From Candidatus Heimdallarchaeota archaeon (lineage in GTDB: Archaea > Asgardarchaeota > Heimdallarchaeia > JABLTI01): a stretch of DNA of 33,809 bases. The notes under the pieces were generated by a model, which was given only the letters and a program-made list of their open reading frames with translations, had not been told where the DNA came from and searched no databases. The translations under genes and the position numbers were made by a program. The stretch lies in the NCBI GenBank assembly GCA_019056785.1, contig DXJV01000079.1, forward strand, positions 1 to 33,809, written 5' to 3'. This document shows positions 9,589-18,875 of this stretch, piece after piece. Each line of letters opens with the position of its first letter. The first letter of the stretch is position 1.

Positions 9589-9730
9589 GAATTATCCCTC
9601 CAAATGGTTCAAAGAAATATTATTTCCTTCTTTCCTTTAAATGTTGCTTGTGGGGGTGTAGAGGGGGCAACAAGTTTTAATGCCTAAAAAACGTCTTTGA
9701 GTAATAAGAACCTCCGGTTGAAAGGAAACT

Positions 9731-10930
9731 ATGGTGGATCAGTTAGAAAATAGTGATAAGAACCTGCTTGACCATCTTTATCAGCATGTCTTAAATCTCG
9801 AAGGGTATCGAAATGTCTTTGATGACCCTGAGAAACTCGAGGCGACTGCAGATTATCTCAGTAGTGCATTGCTCTCTTTTGGCTTAACGGTTGATGAGCA
9901 CCAATTCAAAATTGATGATGTGCCTTTTAGAAACATCATTGGAACCATTGAGGCAAAAGATTATCAACCGAGAGAGCTTCTCCTCTGCGCTCATTATGAT
10001 AGTGCACCTCTCTCACCCGGGGCAAATGATAACGCTTCAGGCGTAGCAGGAGTGCTGGAGGTTACACGTTGGCTTGTAGAACAAGCGCCAACAAAAAAAT
10101 TCATGGTCGCTTTTTTTACACTCGAGGAAATACATCCTAAAACAGAGTTACAAATCCGAAACGCTCTGGCTTCTTCCGGTTTAGTAGATGATGAACTCCA
10201 ATTTCTTACCTATCACTCTTATGCCCTTATAGGTGAGTTCGAAAAGAAGCAAGAAGAAGCGTTAAAAAAAGGGGCAACAATCCAAGCATCATTAGCATTT
10301 GCATATGAACAAGTACAAAATTCAGCAACTAAAAAAGAACGGGCATACTTGAAAAAAATCATTGAATTGAATAAGAACATAACACGAACAAATTGGGTTG
10401 GAGAATCAATCTGCATTGGAAGCACGAGATGGTTAGCTAATTATTTGCGAGAAAACTCTCCGCCTAAGGCAGTGATAAATTTTGAAGAAATAGGCTTTAC
10501 AACAGCAAAAAAAGGCTTACAGTCAATTCCACCAGGAATCGATCTAACACATTGTAAAAGCTATAAAGTCGATCTACAGCAGGAACTGGGAAACTTTTTG
10601 GGAATAATAAGTGAAAAGAACTCTCAACTATTAGCACAGATCATGACAAGCCAATGTGAACAATTAGTGCCACCGCTTCCCTATGTGCATTTCGCTTTGC
10701 CCTATAATTATCAAGAAATCGCCGGGAGAGCATTGGACTTTCTACGATCCGATCATGCACCCTTCTGGAGGGAAGGCATTCCAGCTATAGCAATAACCGA
10801 TACTTTCGAATTCCGTTACCCCTTCTATCACACTAACGCTGACACCCTCGAACAATTAGACTTCCCCTTCATGGGAAGAGTGTGTCAAGTAGCTAGACAA
10901 GCAGCAAAAGAGCTATTGGGAAAAAGTTAA
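9731..10930 (+). CDS. M28-family zinc metallopeptidase
   Basis: NIIG, AHYDS, PGANDNASG, FTLEE, INFEEIG, RSDHAPFW, YHT..DT. Confidence 0.9.
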   Translation: MVDQLENSDKNLLDHLYQHVLNLEGYRNVFDDPEKLEATADYLSSALLSFGLTVDEHQFKIDDVPFRNIIGTIEAKDYQPRELLLCAHYDSAPLSPGANDNASGVAGVLEVTRWLVEQAPTKKFMVAFFTLEEIHPKTELQIRNALASSGLVDDELQFLTYHSYALIGEFEKKQEEALKKGATIQASLAFAYEQVQNSATKKERAYLKKIIELNKNITRTNWVGESICIGSTRWLANYLRENSPPKAVINFEEIGFTTAKKGLQSIPPGIDLTHCKSYKVDLQQELGNFLGIISEKNSQLLAQIMTSQCEQLVPPLPYVHFALPYNYQEIAGRALDFLRSDHAPFWREGIPAIAITDTFEFRYPFYHTNADTLEQLDFPFMGRVCQVARQAAKELLGKS

Positions 10931-11100
10931 ACTCATAAAAGAAAAAAGCCCGCTGGTAGAAAACCAAAATGGTGTTGTTTTGACTATTTAACAAGCTTTT
11001 TTTAGTTTGAACTAGAAACAAAACAAGAGAAGGCACTTGAAGAAATACTGCTGGTAGGGGAAAGGAATGATAAACAAATTCAGCGGTTGGTTAGTAAAAG

Positions 11101-11574
11101 ATGGCAAAAAACGAAGAAGAACTTTTTAGATTAACGCCAATGAAACCCGAATACAAGAGCAAAAGAGTCCATGGATTACTATTCAGCTTTGGAGGGTATA
11201 CCAACCCTGAAGGGGAATATCGGCTTGCTAGCCAATACCTGCAAGACAAAATTGTTGTGCGACAAAATAAGGCGTTTTTACAAACAGACCCCTTAGGAAA
11301 CTTTTGGGAAAATGCTACCATACGAGTACAATTAAAAGAGGTCAAAATTGCCAACGACAATTTGATAAAAATGACAATTAAAATAAAAACAAAGGAAAAA
11401 CAAATTGTGCAAATATTCTTTGGCACACAGAAAATAAAAGTGGATCTTGTAGAAGGAACAAAGATAATCACCTTAGAAATCGAACCAGCAAAAGGAGATA
11501 CATGTATACATATACGTTGCCCGAAAAAAGGCTCCTTACTCGAATTTTATGAAATAAAAGGAACCATTATTTGA
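11101..11574 (+). CDS. Hypothetical protein
   Basis: 157-aa ATG-initiated ORF filling the gap between genes; no motif recognised. Confidence 0.6.
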   Translation: MAKNEEELFRLTPMKPEYKSKRVHGLLFSFGGYTNPEGEYRLASQYLQDKIVVRQNKAFLQTDPLGNFWENATIRVQLKEVKIANDNLIKMTIKIKTKEKQIVQIFFGTQKIKVDLVEGTKIITLEIEPAKGDTCIHIRCPKKGSLLEFYEIKGTII

Positions 11575-11636
11575 GCAGGAATGCCTAAGCATAAAAAAGC
11601 AAAAACAAAGAGAAGAATTGACTGAAAAGAATGAGA

Positions 11637-11775
11637 TGGTGTCGCGGGCCAGATTTGAACTGGCGACAACAGGATCTTCAGTCCTGCGCTCTCGTACTCA
11701 CACAAGTCATAAAGACTCGAGTTCCGAGTTGCTCGATAAGCTGCAACTGCAGCTACACCGCTAAGCTACCGCGAC
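11637..11775 (-). tRNA. tRNA-Phe(GAA) with encoded CCA and a 64-nt insertion in the D-loop
   Basis: Acceptor GTCGCGG/CCGCGAC-A-CCA; D-stem GCTT/GAGC; anticodon arm CAGGA-CTGAAGA-TCCTG; T-arm GCCAG-TTCAAAT-CTGGC. Confidence 0.93.
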
Positions 11776-12018
11776 AATTGATCTGTTTTTCTTGCACTTT
11801 CGAACAAGTTATTTTTTTCTTTTTTATTTTCTCTTATTAAAGCTTTTGTTTCTCTTGTGAAAACGAGCCAATTAGTCAACAAAGAGCCCTTTTTCACTTT
11901 CTTTTTGTCTTGAAAACGATTCGATTTTTTCATAGTTAATGGCCAAATTCTAAGCTTATCTATTGGGTGAGCATTATGAAACAAACGACAATTCTATGGT
12001 GCAAAAAATGAACATCTG

Positions 12019-12097
12019 TCCCAAAATCTTTTTAAATTGGGAAGTAACAACACTATTAGAGTTTTATAACTCGAGTTATTACCCAATTGGGTTGGGA
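12019..12097 (+). promoter_or_regulatory. TATA-like box with a cluster of palindromes upstream of the caspase-like gene
   Basis: TCCCAA-N12-TTGGGA enclosing TTTTTAAA; perfect palindromes ATAACTCGAGTTAT (12066-12079) and ACCCAATTGGGT (12081-12092). Confidence 0.55.
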
Positions 12098-12102
12098 TAC
12101 TA

Positions 12103-14364
12103 ATGAAAAAAATCAATGCAGTATCTTATTTTCTTATTTTATCCATGTTTATTGTGGTTTTCTCAACAGTGATAGCAGCTAATACCTATATTGCTGTTGG
12201 AAACCAAGTAGAAAGTCGAACGTATCAAAGAGATGTTCAGACTTTTACTGGCACAGTTAGTCAGGGTTCAGACAGTACGCAACACAGCTTCACTGTCCCC
12301 GCTGGTGCAACAAAAGTCGAAGTAAAACTATCCTTTAGTAGTAGTTATGACTTTGACTTGAGCGTCTGGGATGAATCCAACCAGCGAACTGGAGGCTGGA
12401 CCGCAGCAGATCACTCAACAAAGACTCAAATAGACAATAGTGACTACTCAGGTTATTCAGCGAATCCTGAGTGGGTAACTGTTGATCCTCCCACAACAAG
12501 TGGCACCTGGAAAACAGGCTGTTATTCTTACCGAGGTTCCGGAAGCTATACTATAACTGTTACCATTACTGTCCCCGAGCCAGATACAACACCTCCAACA
12601 GTGAGTATCACTGCTCCTAATGATGGCGCAACAGTAAGTGGCACAGTAACTATCACTGCTAGTGCCTCAGATAATGTTGGCGTTACAAAAGTCGCCTGTA
12701 AAATAGATGGTGGTAGCTGGACAGACGATACAACATCACCCTATGCATGGAGTTGGGACACTACAAGCTATTCAGATGGCTCTCATACAATCACTTGTAG
12801 AGCGTATGATGCCGCTGGAAATACTGCTGATGACTCAATCACTGTCACAGTAGACAATAGTGGTGCGCCCCCAACAGAAGAAACTTGGGGAATCACTTCG
12901 AGTAGCTTCACAAGCTCAAGCTCTCATACAGTGATTCGTTATATGGGTGGCATATCACCGGACGTAGATGCGACAATAACAAAGTTGAATATCCGAGTGG
13001 CAGCAAGTGGGACTGTCTCAATTGCGCTTTATACAGGCGGTTCATTAACTAACCCCACAGGCGCAGTACGAAGAACCGAAGCTCATAATGTGGCTGTTAC
13101 CACTGGTTGGAACTCTATTGATGTTCCTGATTATGTTGTACCAGCGAACACTGTCACATGGATCGGTTGGGCACACAATTGTAGGGTTTACTACTCATCA
13201 AGCTCTGCAAATGCCGGAGACTTCCAATCCGGTAGAGGGCGCTGGAGTCAAACAAGCCCCTCGAACTACGATGAAACAACCGCTCTCCCCCTGAACCCGG
13301 GAGCAGGATCCTTTAGAAATTACTGGTACGCTGTCTACGCAACCTACATCGCAGGAGAACCACCTGAGGATACCACCCCACCAACAATTTCAATCACCTC
13401 TCCAGCAGATGGTGCAACAGTAAATTCAGCAGATGTAACAATCAGCTGGACAGGCTCAGATGCCGGAAGCGGAATAGACTACTATGAGACACGCATCGAT
13501 GGTGGATCATGGATAAATAAGGGAACAAGTACCAGCCATACTTTTACTGGACTAGCTGATGGAAGTCATACAGTTGATGTAAAAGCATGGGACAAAGCTG
13601 GAAATAGCAACACTGATTCAGTGACTTTCACAGTCGATACAACAACAAGCCAAGTGACAAAATATGCTGTAATCGTTGGTATTTCTGATTACAAAGCAAT
13701 AAGTGACCTATCTTACTGTGATGAAGACGCAACCGATTGGTACAATCACCTAACAAGTTCACAAATGGACTTCGATCATATTTGGGTCTATGGAGATGGC
13801 CATTCATCAAACTATCCACAATATAACGGATATGCAACAGAATACAATGTGAAACAAGCGTTACAAAACATGGTTAACCAAGCTGATGAAGATGACATTA
13901 TCTGTTTCATATCATCTGGACACGGCTCCGGAAATGGTTATGGTTCCAGTTACCTCTGTATGTGGGATTGTAACTCAGGTGAAAATGGAGAGGATGGAGA
14001 TCTCTATGATACCGAACTTGCAGCCATATTAGATGATGCAGTGGCAAATAAGATCTTTGTCTTTCTTGACCATTGCTACTCAGGTGGCTTTGGACCAGAC
14101 TTAATGGGAATGCCCAATAAACAACACGTCTACTTAACAACAACATGCACAGAAAATGGCTATGGTTATGATGACTCAAGCCATCAAAACGGCGCTTGGA
14201 CCTACTACTTCCTCGAGTATGCATGGATCAACCATTTCGGTGGTAGTGCTAACACTTCTATGGAAGACATTTTTGACTATGCACATGCGAACTATCCTCA
14301 TTCTGGTGGTGACGAACCACAAGAATATGATGGTAACACCTCTGCAGCGTTTTACTTGAAATAA
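12103..14364 (+). CDS. Secreted modular caspase-family (clan CD, C14-like) cysteine peptidase: signal peptide, PPC-like domain, Ig-like, unknown beta domain, Ig-like, caspase domain
   Basis: N-terminal hydrophobic signal; DFDLSVW...GTW...YSYRGSGSYTI (PPC-like); two DTTPPT.SIT.P.DGATV Ig repeats; KYAVIVGISDY, SGHG (His) and FLDHCYSGGF (Cys) dyad. Confidence 0.88.
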   Translation: MKKINAVSYFLILSMFIVVFSTVIAANTYIAVGNQVESRTYQRDVQTFTGTVSQGSDSTQHSFTVPAGATKVEVKLSFSSSYDFDLSVWDESNQRTGGWTAADHSTKTQIDNSDYSGYSANPEWVTVDPPTTSGTWKTGCYSYRGSGSYTITVTITVPEPDTTPPTVSITAPNDGATVSGTVTITASASDNVGVTKVACKIDGGSWTDDTTSPYAWSWDTTSYSDGSHTITCRAYDAAGNTADDSITVTVDNSGAPPTEETWGITSSSFTSSSSHTVIRYMGGISPDVDATITKLNIRVAASGTVSIALYTGGSLTNPTGAVRRTEAHNVAVTTGWNSIDVPDYVVPANTVTWIGWAHNCRVYYSSSSANAGDFQSGRGRWSQTSPSNYDETTALPLNPGAGSFRNYWYAVYATYIAGEPPEDTTPPTISITSPADGATVNSADVTISWTGSDAGSGIDYYETRIDGGSWINKGTSTSHTFTGLADGSHTVDVKAWDKAGNSNTDSVTFTVDTTTSQVTKYAVIVGISDYKAISDLSYCDEDATDWYNHLTSSQMDFDHIWVYGDGHSSNYPQYNGYATEYNVKQALQNMVNQADEDDIICFISSGHGSGNGYGSSYLCMWDCNSGENGEDGDLYDTELAAILDDAVANKIFVFLDHCYSGGFGPDLMGMPNKQHVYLTTTCTENGYGYDDSSHQNGAWTYYFLEYAWINHFGGSANTSMEDIFDYAHANYPHSGGDEPQEYDGNTSAAFYLK

Positions 14365-14374
14365 TCAATTCAAC

Positions 14375-14406
14375 ATTTCTTTCTTCCCTTTTTTTTCTTT
14401 TTTTTT
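14375..14406 (+). terminator. Oligo-T terminator candidate
   Basis: Long T/C tract (TTTCTTTCTTCCCTTTTTTTTCTTTTTTTTT) right after the stop codon. Confidence 0.55.
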
Positions 14407-14454
14407 AAGTCAAGAAGAGAAAGTATTAATTACTTATATACGAATGATTCAAGT

Positions 14455-15252
14455 ATGAACAAAGAAATTCTTCAAATAATTTTCTTAACTTCTCATAGTA
14501 AAGCTTTTCTTGAAGGGAAAATAAAGGGTATGTACAAAAATCCCCCTTTAGCTTATAACTATCGTAACATTCGCTTTGTTTCGCATTTACCTTCAGATGA
14601 TGAGAATGAGGCTAGACTAGTTCTTGCAAAGAATCCAAACGACTGGCTCGCTTTTCTCCATCAAGAAGGAGTTCTTAAGTTGCATTTAACCTATCAGCCT
14701 TCAGAGGAGTTAATACAAAAAGCTTCACGCCCCCTCATTTCTAGCGTGAAAGGGAGACATTGGCATGTCATTACTGAGAAAGAAAATGGTTGTGATGTTT
14801 GGCGTTGCAAATGGCAGCTTGATGCGAGAAAAGAAGTGATGAGTTATTATTATCTTTTTCTTTCTGATGTGTTACTTGGTGAGTTTAATTTTCCCAGCTT
14901 AGAGATGTCAAAACTTTATTTAAAGGAGATTTTAAATGACCTAGTTACCTTTACAATTAAGAATGAATTAGCTAATTGGACCACGGTTTTCAAAAAGGCA
15001 TTGCGTTCTCTTGATAGCAAAAAGGCTTCTGATTTAATTGCTCCGGATATCCTTCCCTCAGGTTGTTATAGCTTGGCAGCCCGACAAGTTCTTTCTGCAT
15101 GTGCGATTGCTTGGGTCTTTGGCGGTATGGGCTCCTGGAATGACGTTACACATGTTCATGATTACGACCTTTACAGGCGCTTAAGTGCAAATCTGTATAA
15201 TACTATTTGTGATAGTATTGTTTCTGTAGTCAATAGCTTCCCATTAAAGTGA
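14455..15252 (+). CDS. Hypothetical protein with C-terminal GGMGSWND motif
   Basis: 265-aa ORF; WVFGGMGSWND resembles a conserved motif of an uncharacterised family. Confidence 0.75.
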   Translation: MNKEILQIIFLTSHSKAFLEGKIKGMYKNPPLAYNYRNIRFVSHLPSDDENEARLVLAKNPNDWLAFLHQEGVLKLHLTYQPSEELIQKASRPLISSVKGRHWHVITEKENGCDVWRCKWQLDARKEVMSYYYLFLSDVLLGEFNFPSLEMSKLYLKEILNDLVTFTIKNELANWTTVFKKALRSLDSKKASDLIAPDILPSGCYSLAARQVLSACAIAWVFGGMGSWNDVTHVHDYDLYRRLSANLYNTICDSIVSVVNSFPLK

Positions 15253-15470
15253 CCACCCATTTATCTCTACCTTATGACCTACAAATTTCGAATCATAAAC
15301 AACGAGGTCTCCTTTCTGTTTTTCCTGCTCTCTGCCTTGGAAAAGCTTTTAAGAACACCCACTATATGGTTTCTTGTTACTCTTTAAGACTGTTTGATAA
15401 ATATCATTAGATTTTTAAAGCAGTGATGGGGCAAGTATCATACTACAATAATTGGCAGTTGACGTAATAA

Positions 15471-15713
15471 ATGTCTGGCTTGAATTCACATCCTATTAAC
15501 CGTTTGCGAAAATCCCACGGAAACCAAATCGGCATTCGACTGAAAGATGGTCGCGAATACAGGGGAACAGTTGATGCTCTTGATCAACACATGAATTTAG
15601 TTCTCCGTGATGCCATCGAGTATTTTAAAGGAGAAAAGGTTGCTTCATACGGAATGATATTCATCAGGGGTAATAACATCCTCTGGGTACAAATTGATCT
15701 ATCCCCCCTTTAA
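15471..15713 (+). CDS. Sm-like archaeal protein (SmAP/Lsm)
   Basis: Sm1 motif IRLKDGREYRGTVDALDQHMNLVL and Sm2 motif IFIRGNNI. Confidence 0.95.
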   Translation: MSGLNSHPINRLRKSHGNQIGIRLKDGREYRGTVDALDQHMNLVLRDAIEYFKGEKVASYGMIFIRGNNILWVQIDLSPL

Positions 15714-15799
15714 ATAATAAAGAATACCCGTTTTTTGCCTAACCTAGGCAATCCTTCCTCGGCACAAATTGCTCCTATTACTGCAATGGAAATTAGGTA

Positions 15800-17971
15800 T
15801 TACTCTTCCTCAGGTGTTTCTGCCTTAATTATTTTTATGGGTTTCCGAGCTAATTTTTCTCCGCTACGTTCCTTTTTCGCTCGAAGCTCAGCTTCGAAGA
15901 TTTGCTCCAGCTCTTTTTTTCGGTAACTTTTATAATTTTTAATTAATGCTTCTAATTTTTCTTCTGTCTTCTCCCTCAAAATTTTCTCTCGTTCTTCTTT
16001 CCATTTTGCAAGCGCTTCTTGGAATTCTTTGTGATAGGTAACTGCTATGTCATCTATTTGCCGTATTGGTAGATTGAATAATACCGGGACATCTGCTTGA
16101 ATGAATGTTTCCAATGCCTGATTCGAGATATTATTTTTGGCACAGACAATTGCCTTCACTTCTCGTTCAATGAGCATTTCTGCTGTTCTTTGGCCACCCC
16201 CAGAGGGATCAACAAGAAGAATAACGTCAAAAGGCTCTATATTCATTCTCTCAGCAGTTTTTTCAATGCCTTTTCGTGAAAAGTCGAAGACCACCTTCAT
16301 CGGCACAACAACATCTCCTTGTCCCATGACAATCATGCGTTTTAAATCGGAGATAATTCTCTTCACTTTTGCCAATTCTTGTTCGTATTCGTGCACTTTC
16401 TTGCGTAAAAATTGGAGCTCGTCATCGCGTGTTTTTATTGCTCGCTCTCGTTTGAGTTCTTGTCTTTGTTTGTCGGTAATTCTCTTAATCTGGTGGTTTA
16501 ATGTTTTGTTTTCTTTTCTGAGGGTTCGGACTTTTTCCGTTAATTTTTCATTCATATCCTCGAGATTTTCAATTTGTATTGTTTGTCTTGCAATTGCCTC
16601 TTTTAATGCCTCGATTTTTTCAACTAATATTTGTTCTGTTTCTGTTAAGGGGCGATCTTTTGGGGTTTCAATTTCAAGTTCTTTTTCCGGAGCAGCTAAT
16701 TGGTTCTTTACTTCTTGGATTGCATCTTGAATGTTTCTTTCCTCGAGTAAAACTATCTGTTTCACCTTATTTCTGAGCGAAATTTCTTTGGGTTCGGCCA
16801 GCTCTTTATTTATCTTTTCGAATATTGGTTTATACTTATTATACGCTTTTAAGGCTGCAAAAAGAGCATCTCTTTTATGTGACCCTTTTATTCGACGTTC
16901 ATTCTCGCTGGTAAAATTGTCGACAGAGAGATTTTTCTCGTCTGCACTATAGAGTTTTTCAGGATATGAGAGGACGGCGTTCACCATTCGGCAAATTTTC
17001 ACTACAAAATCTGGAGGAGGGGTAACATCTGCCGCAACAATGATTGGTTTACCAAATTGTGTTATTAATCTGATGATGTCACCCCGTGCAGCATTTCGTA
17101 GTGAATCTACCAATAGTATCTTCCCACTAAAGTTCAAAACTGCAATGCCGGTATTTGGTCCCGGGTCGATTCCAACTATTAGCCCCCGTTCAGTTTTTCG
17201 TCGAGGACTGGAGATGACCTTCTTATGGATATTAGCTGCAGGGATGTACTCCAATCGTTTTTTTCTAATCGGTGAAACAGTTACTCGAGAGAGCTCTCCT
17301 TTATATGGTTTGATTATCTTGCGAAGGGAGGAAATATTAGTATAGGCACGAAAGATAGCATTGTCGTATCCGTATTCTGCTTTCTTCACCTCGAGGTCAA
17401 AATCGATGTTATGGTCTAACAGTTGTTTTTCGATCTCTCGGGTCATTGTTAGAACTTCCCCGCGCATTTTTCTCGCATAACGTTGTTGAGACCAACCGCC
17501 GGGCCCAATGTTCTTGCCGCGCGAAATTTTAATTTCTATTTCATCTTCGAATGGTAAGAGAATGTAACCAACTTTTTTCTCTGCAAGACGACAGATCACT
17601 TCAGCTGTTTGGAGGGGATTAGCGTGCTGTGACGGATAAGGAATACCGTACCTTCGAGCAAGGCGTTTAAGAGGTTCAAAGCCATCTGGAGAGGCGCCTG
17701 TTACTTGAATGATTTTTGTTTCAGCGGGTAATTGCATGCAAAATTGGATGATTCTCGCTGAATTAGATTCAAGCTCGAAAATATTATCCACGCCTAAAAA
17801 TTCAGGTTCATATTGCCGGCATAATTTGATTAAATTCCTCAAAGAGAGTGAATCGATTTTCTCAATAACATTATTATCTTCCATAACAACAGCTGCAAAT
17901 CGATTTGCTGCAAAAGTTCTTTTTTGGCTAGACGCCCCAGCCAAAATATCAATTCCTATTACTTTTGACAC
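15800..17971 (-). CDS. DUF460 (COG2433-type) protein: RNase H-like domains plus long coiled coil
   Basis: VIGIDI, GVDNIFEL, GPGGWSQQRY, IVGIDPG..TGIA, AADVTPPP, HKRDAL and DPSGGG motifs; central coiled coil. Confidence 0.88.
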   Translation of the reverse strand: MSKVIGIDILAGASSQKRTFAANRFAAVVMEDNNVIEKIDSLSLRNLIKLCRQYEPEFLGVDNIFELESNSARIIQFCMQLPAETKIIQVTGASPDGFEPLKRLARRYGIPYPSQHANPLQTAEVICRLAEKKVGYILLPFEDEIEIKISRGKNIGPGGWSQQRYARKMRGEVLTMTREIEKQLLDHNIDFDLEVKKAEYGYDNAIFRAYTNISSLRKIIKPYKGELSRVTVSPIRKKRLEYIPAANIHKKVISSPRRKTERGLIVGIDPGPNTGIAVLNFSGKILLVDSLRNAARGDIIRLITQFGKPIIVAADVTPPPDFVVKICRMVNAVLSYPEKLYSADEKNLSVDNFTSENERRIKGSHKRDALFAALKAYNKYKPIFEKINKELAEPKEISLRNKVKQIVLLEERNIQDAIQEVKNQLAAPEKELEIETPKDRPLTETEQILVEKIEALKEAIARQTIQIENLEDMNEKLTEKVRTLRKENKTLNHQIKRITDKQRQELKRERAIKTRDDELQFLRKKVHEYEQELAKVKRIISDLKRMIVMGQGDVVVPMKVVFDFSRKGIEKTAERMNIEPFDVILLVDPSGGGQRTAEMLIEREVKAIVCAKNNISNQALETFIQADVPVLFNLPIRQIDDIAVTYHKEFQEALAKWKEEREKILREKTEEKLEALIKNYKSYRKKELEQIFEAELRAKKERSGEKLARKPIKIIKAETPEEE

Positions 17972-18037
17972 GCAGGATAGCTCTCCGGGGTAATTTACGT
18001 GAGCAAGGAAAAAATTCTTTCCTTTATTTCGCTAATA

Positions 18038-18850
18038 TTACTTCACTTCCAAGTCATTAATTAATCGATTAATTATCTCCTCGATTGTTTTTCGAAAGTC
18101 AGTGTTTTTCAAATGATTGAAAATTTGTCCATATAACATTTCCAAGGCGAGTGAGCAATCACATTGAATAACGCCAATAGTTTCTACATTAAATTCTTCC
18201 TGAAAGCGCTTTTCCCAAGCTGATATGAATCCCATGGAATTTGGTATAACCTGATTAAAGAGAATGTAATCTTTTCTATTGAGCGTTCCTAATAAAGCAT
18301 ATAATTCTTTCAAAAGAAAAGTCGTTCCCGAGAAACCATATCGATTGGGGCGCAAAACAAGTATAGCTGCATCTGCAATAATTATCGTATTGATAGAGAA
18401 TAGGTTGAGAGAAGGGGAAGTATCCATAATTAAAAAATCATAGCCCAATTTTTCTATTTCGCTTTTGAACACATACAGCTGTTTAAGAGCATTCTTGTGG
18501 AAGTCTTTATCCATGCTGAGTAACCCTTGACCAAATTTTGGCTGTTCCTTAGCATAAATTAGCTGGAGATTTTCATGCGGTCCTGGGAGTAGTAAATCTT
18601 TTACATTAAATGGGGTGAGTGTTTTGCTTGCTGGTTTTTCCTTTGGTTGATCCAAATCATACTCGAAGAAATCATTAATGTAATAATTTTTTAATCCCCC
18701 TAAGAAAAGGCTGTCGAAAGTAGGTGATCCGATGTCTGCATCCACAGCGAGGACTTTATAGCCATTCTGTGCAAGCTGCATGGCTATATTTAAAGCAATT
18801 GTTGTTTTTCCGGTTCCTCCTTTGTACGAATGAAAAATGATTGTCTTCAT
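18038..18850 (-). CDS. MinD/ParA-family ATPase
   Basis: Deviant Walker A FHSYKGGTGKTT, VDAD, DFLIMDTSP, FNQV. Confidence 0.92.
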   Translation of the reverse strand: MKTIIFHSYKGGTGKTTIALNIAMQLAQNGYKVLAVDADIGSPTFDSLFLGGLKNYYINDFFEYDLDQPKEKPASKTLTPFNVKDLLLPGPHENLQLIYAKEQPKFGQGLLSMDKDFHKNALKQLYVFKSEIEKLGYDFLIMDTSPSLNLFSINTIIIADAAILVLRPNRYGFSGTTFLLKELYALLGTLNRKDYILFNQVIPNSMGFISAWEKRFQEEFNVETIGVIQCDCSLALEMLYGQIFNHLKNTDFRKTIEEIINRLINDLEVK

Positions 18851-18875
18851 CTTCTAACTTTTGTCTCCTTGTCAG

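Noticed and set aside
11631-11984. ORFs 11631..11840 (+) and 11766..11984 (-)
   Set aside because: They overlap the tRNA-Phe gene and its promoter and show no protein-like features.
15800-17971. DUF460 RNase H-like GIDPG motif as a transposase or mobile element
   Set aside because: It matches a conserved archaeal housekeeping-type family; no terminal repeats or target-site duplications are seen.
15735-17993. Several long plus-strand ORFs (e.g. 16137..16730) antisense to the DUF460 gene, and similar ones opposite trxB, cdc6, mtnA and rps7
   Set aside because: They are Ser/Phe/Ile-rich shadow frames caused by the codon bias of the real genes.
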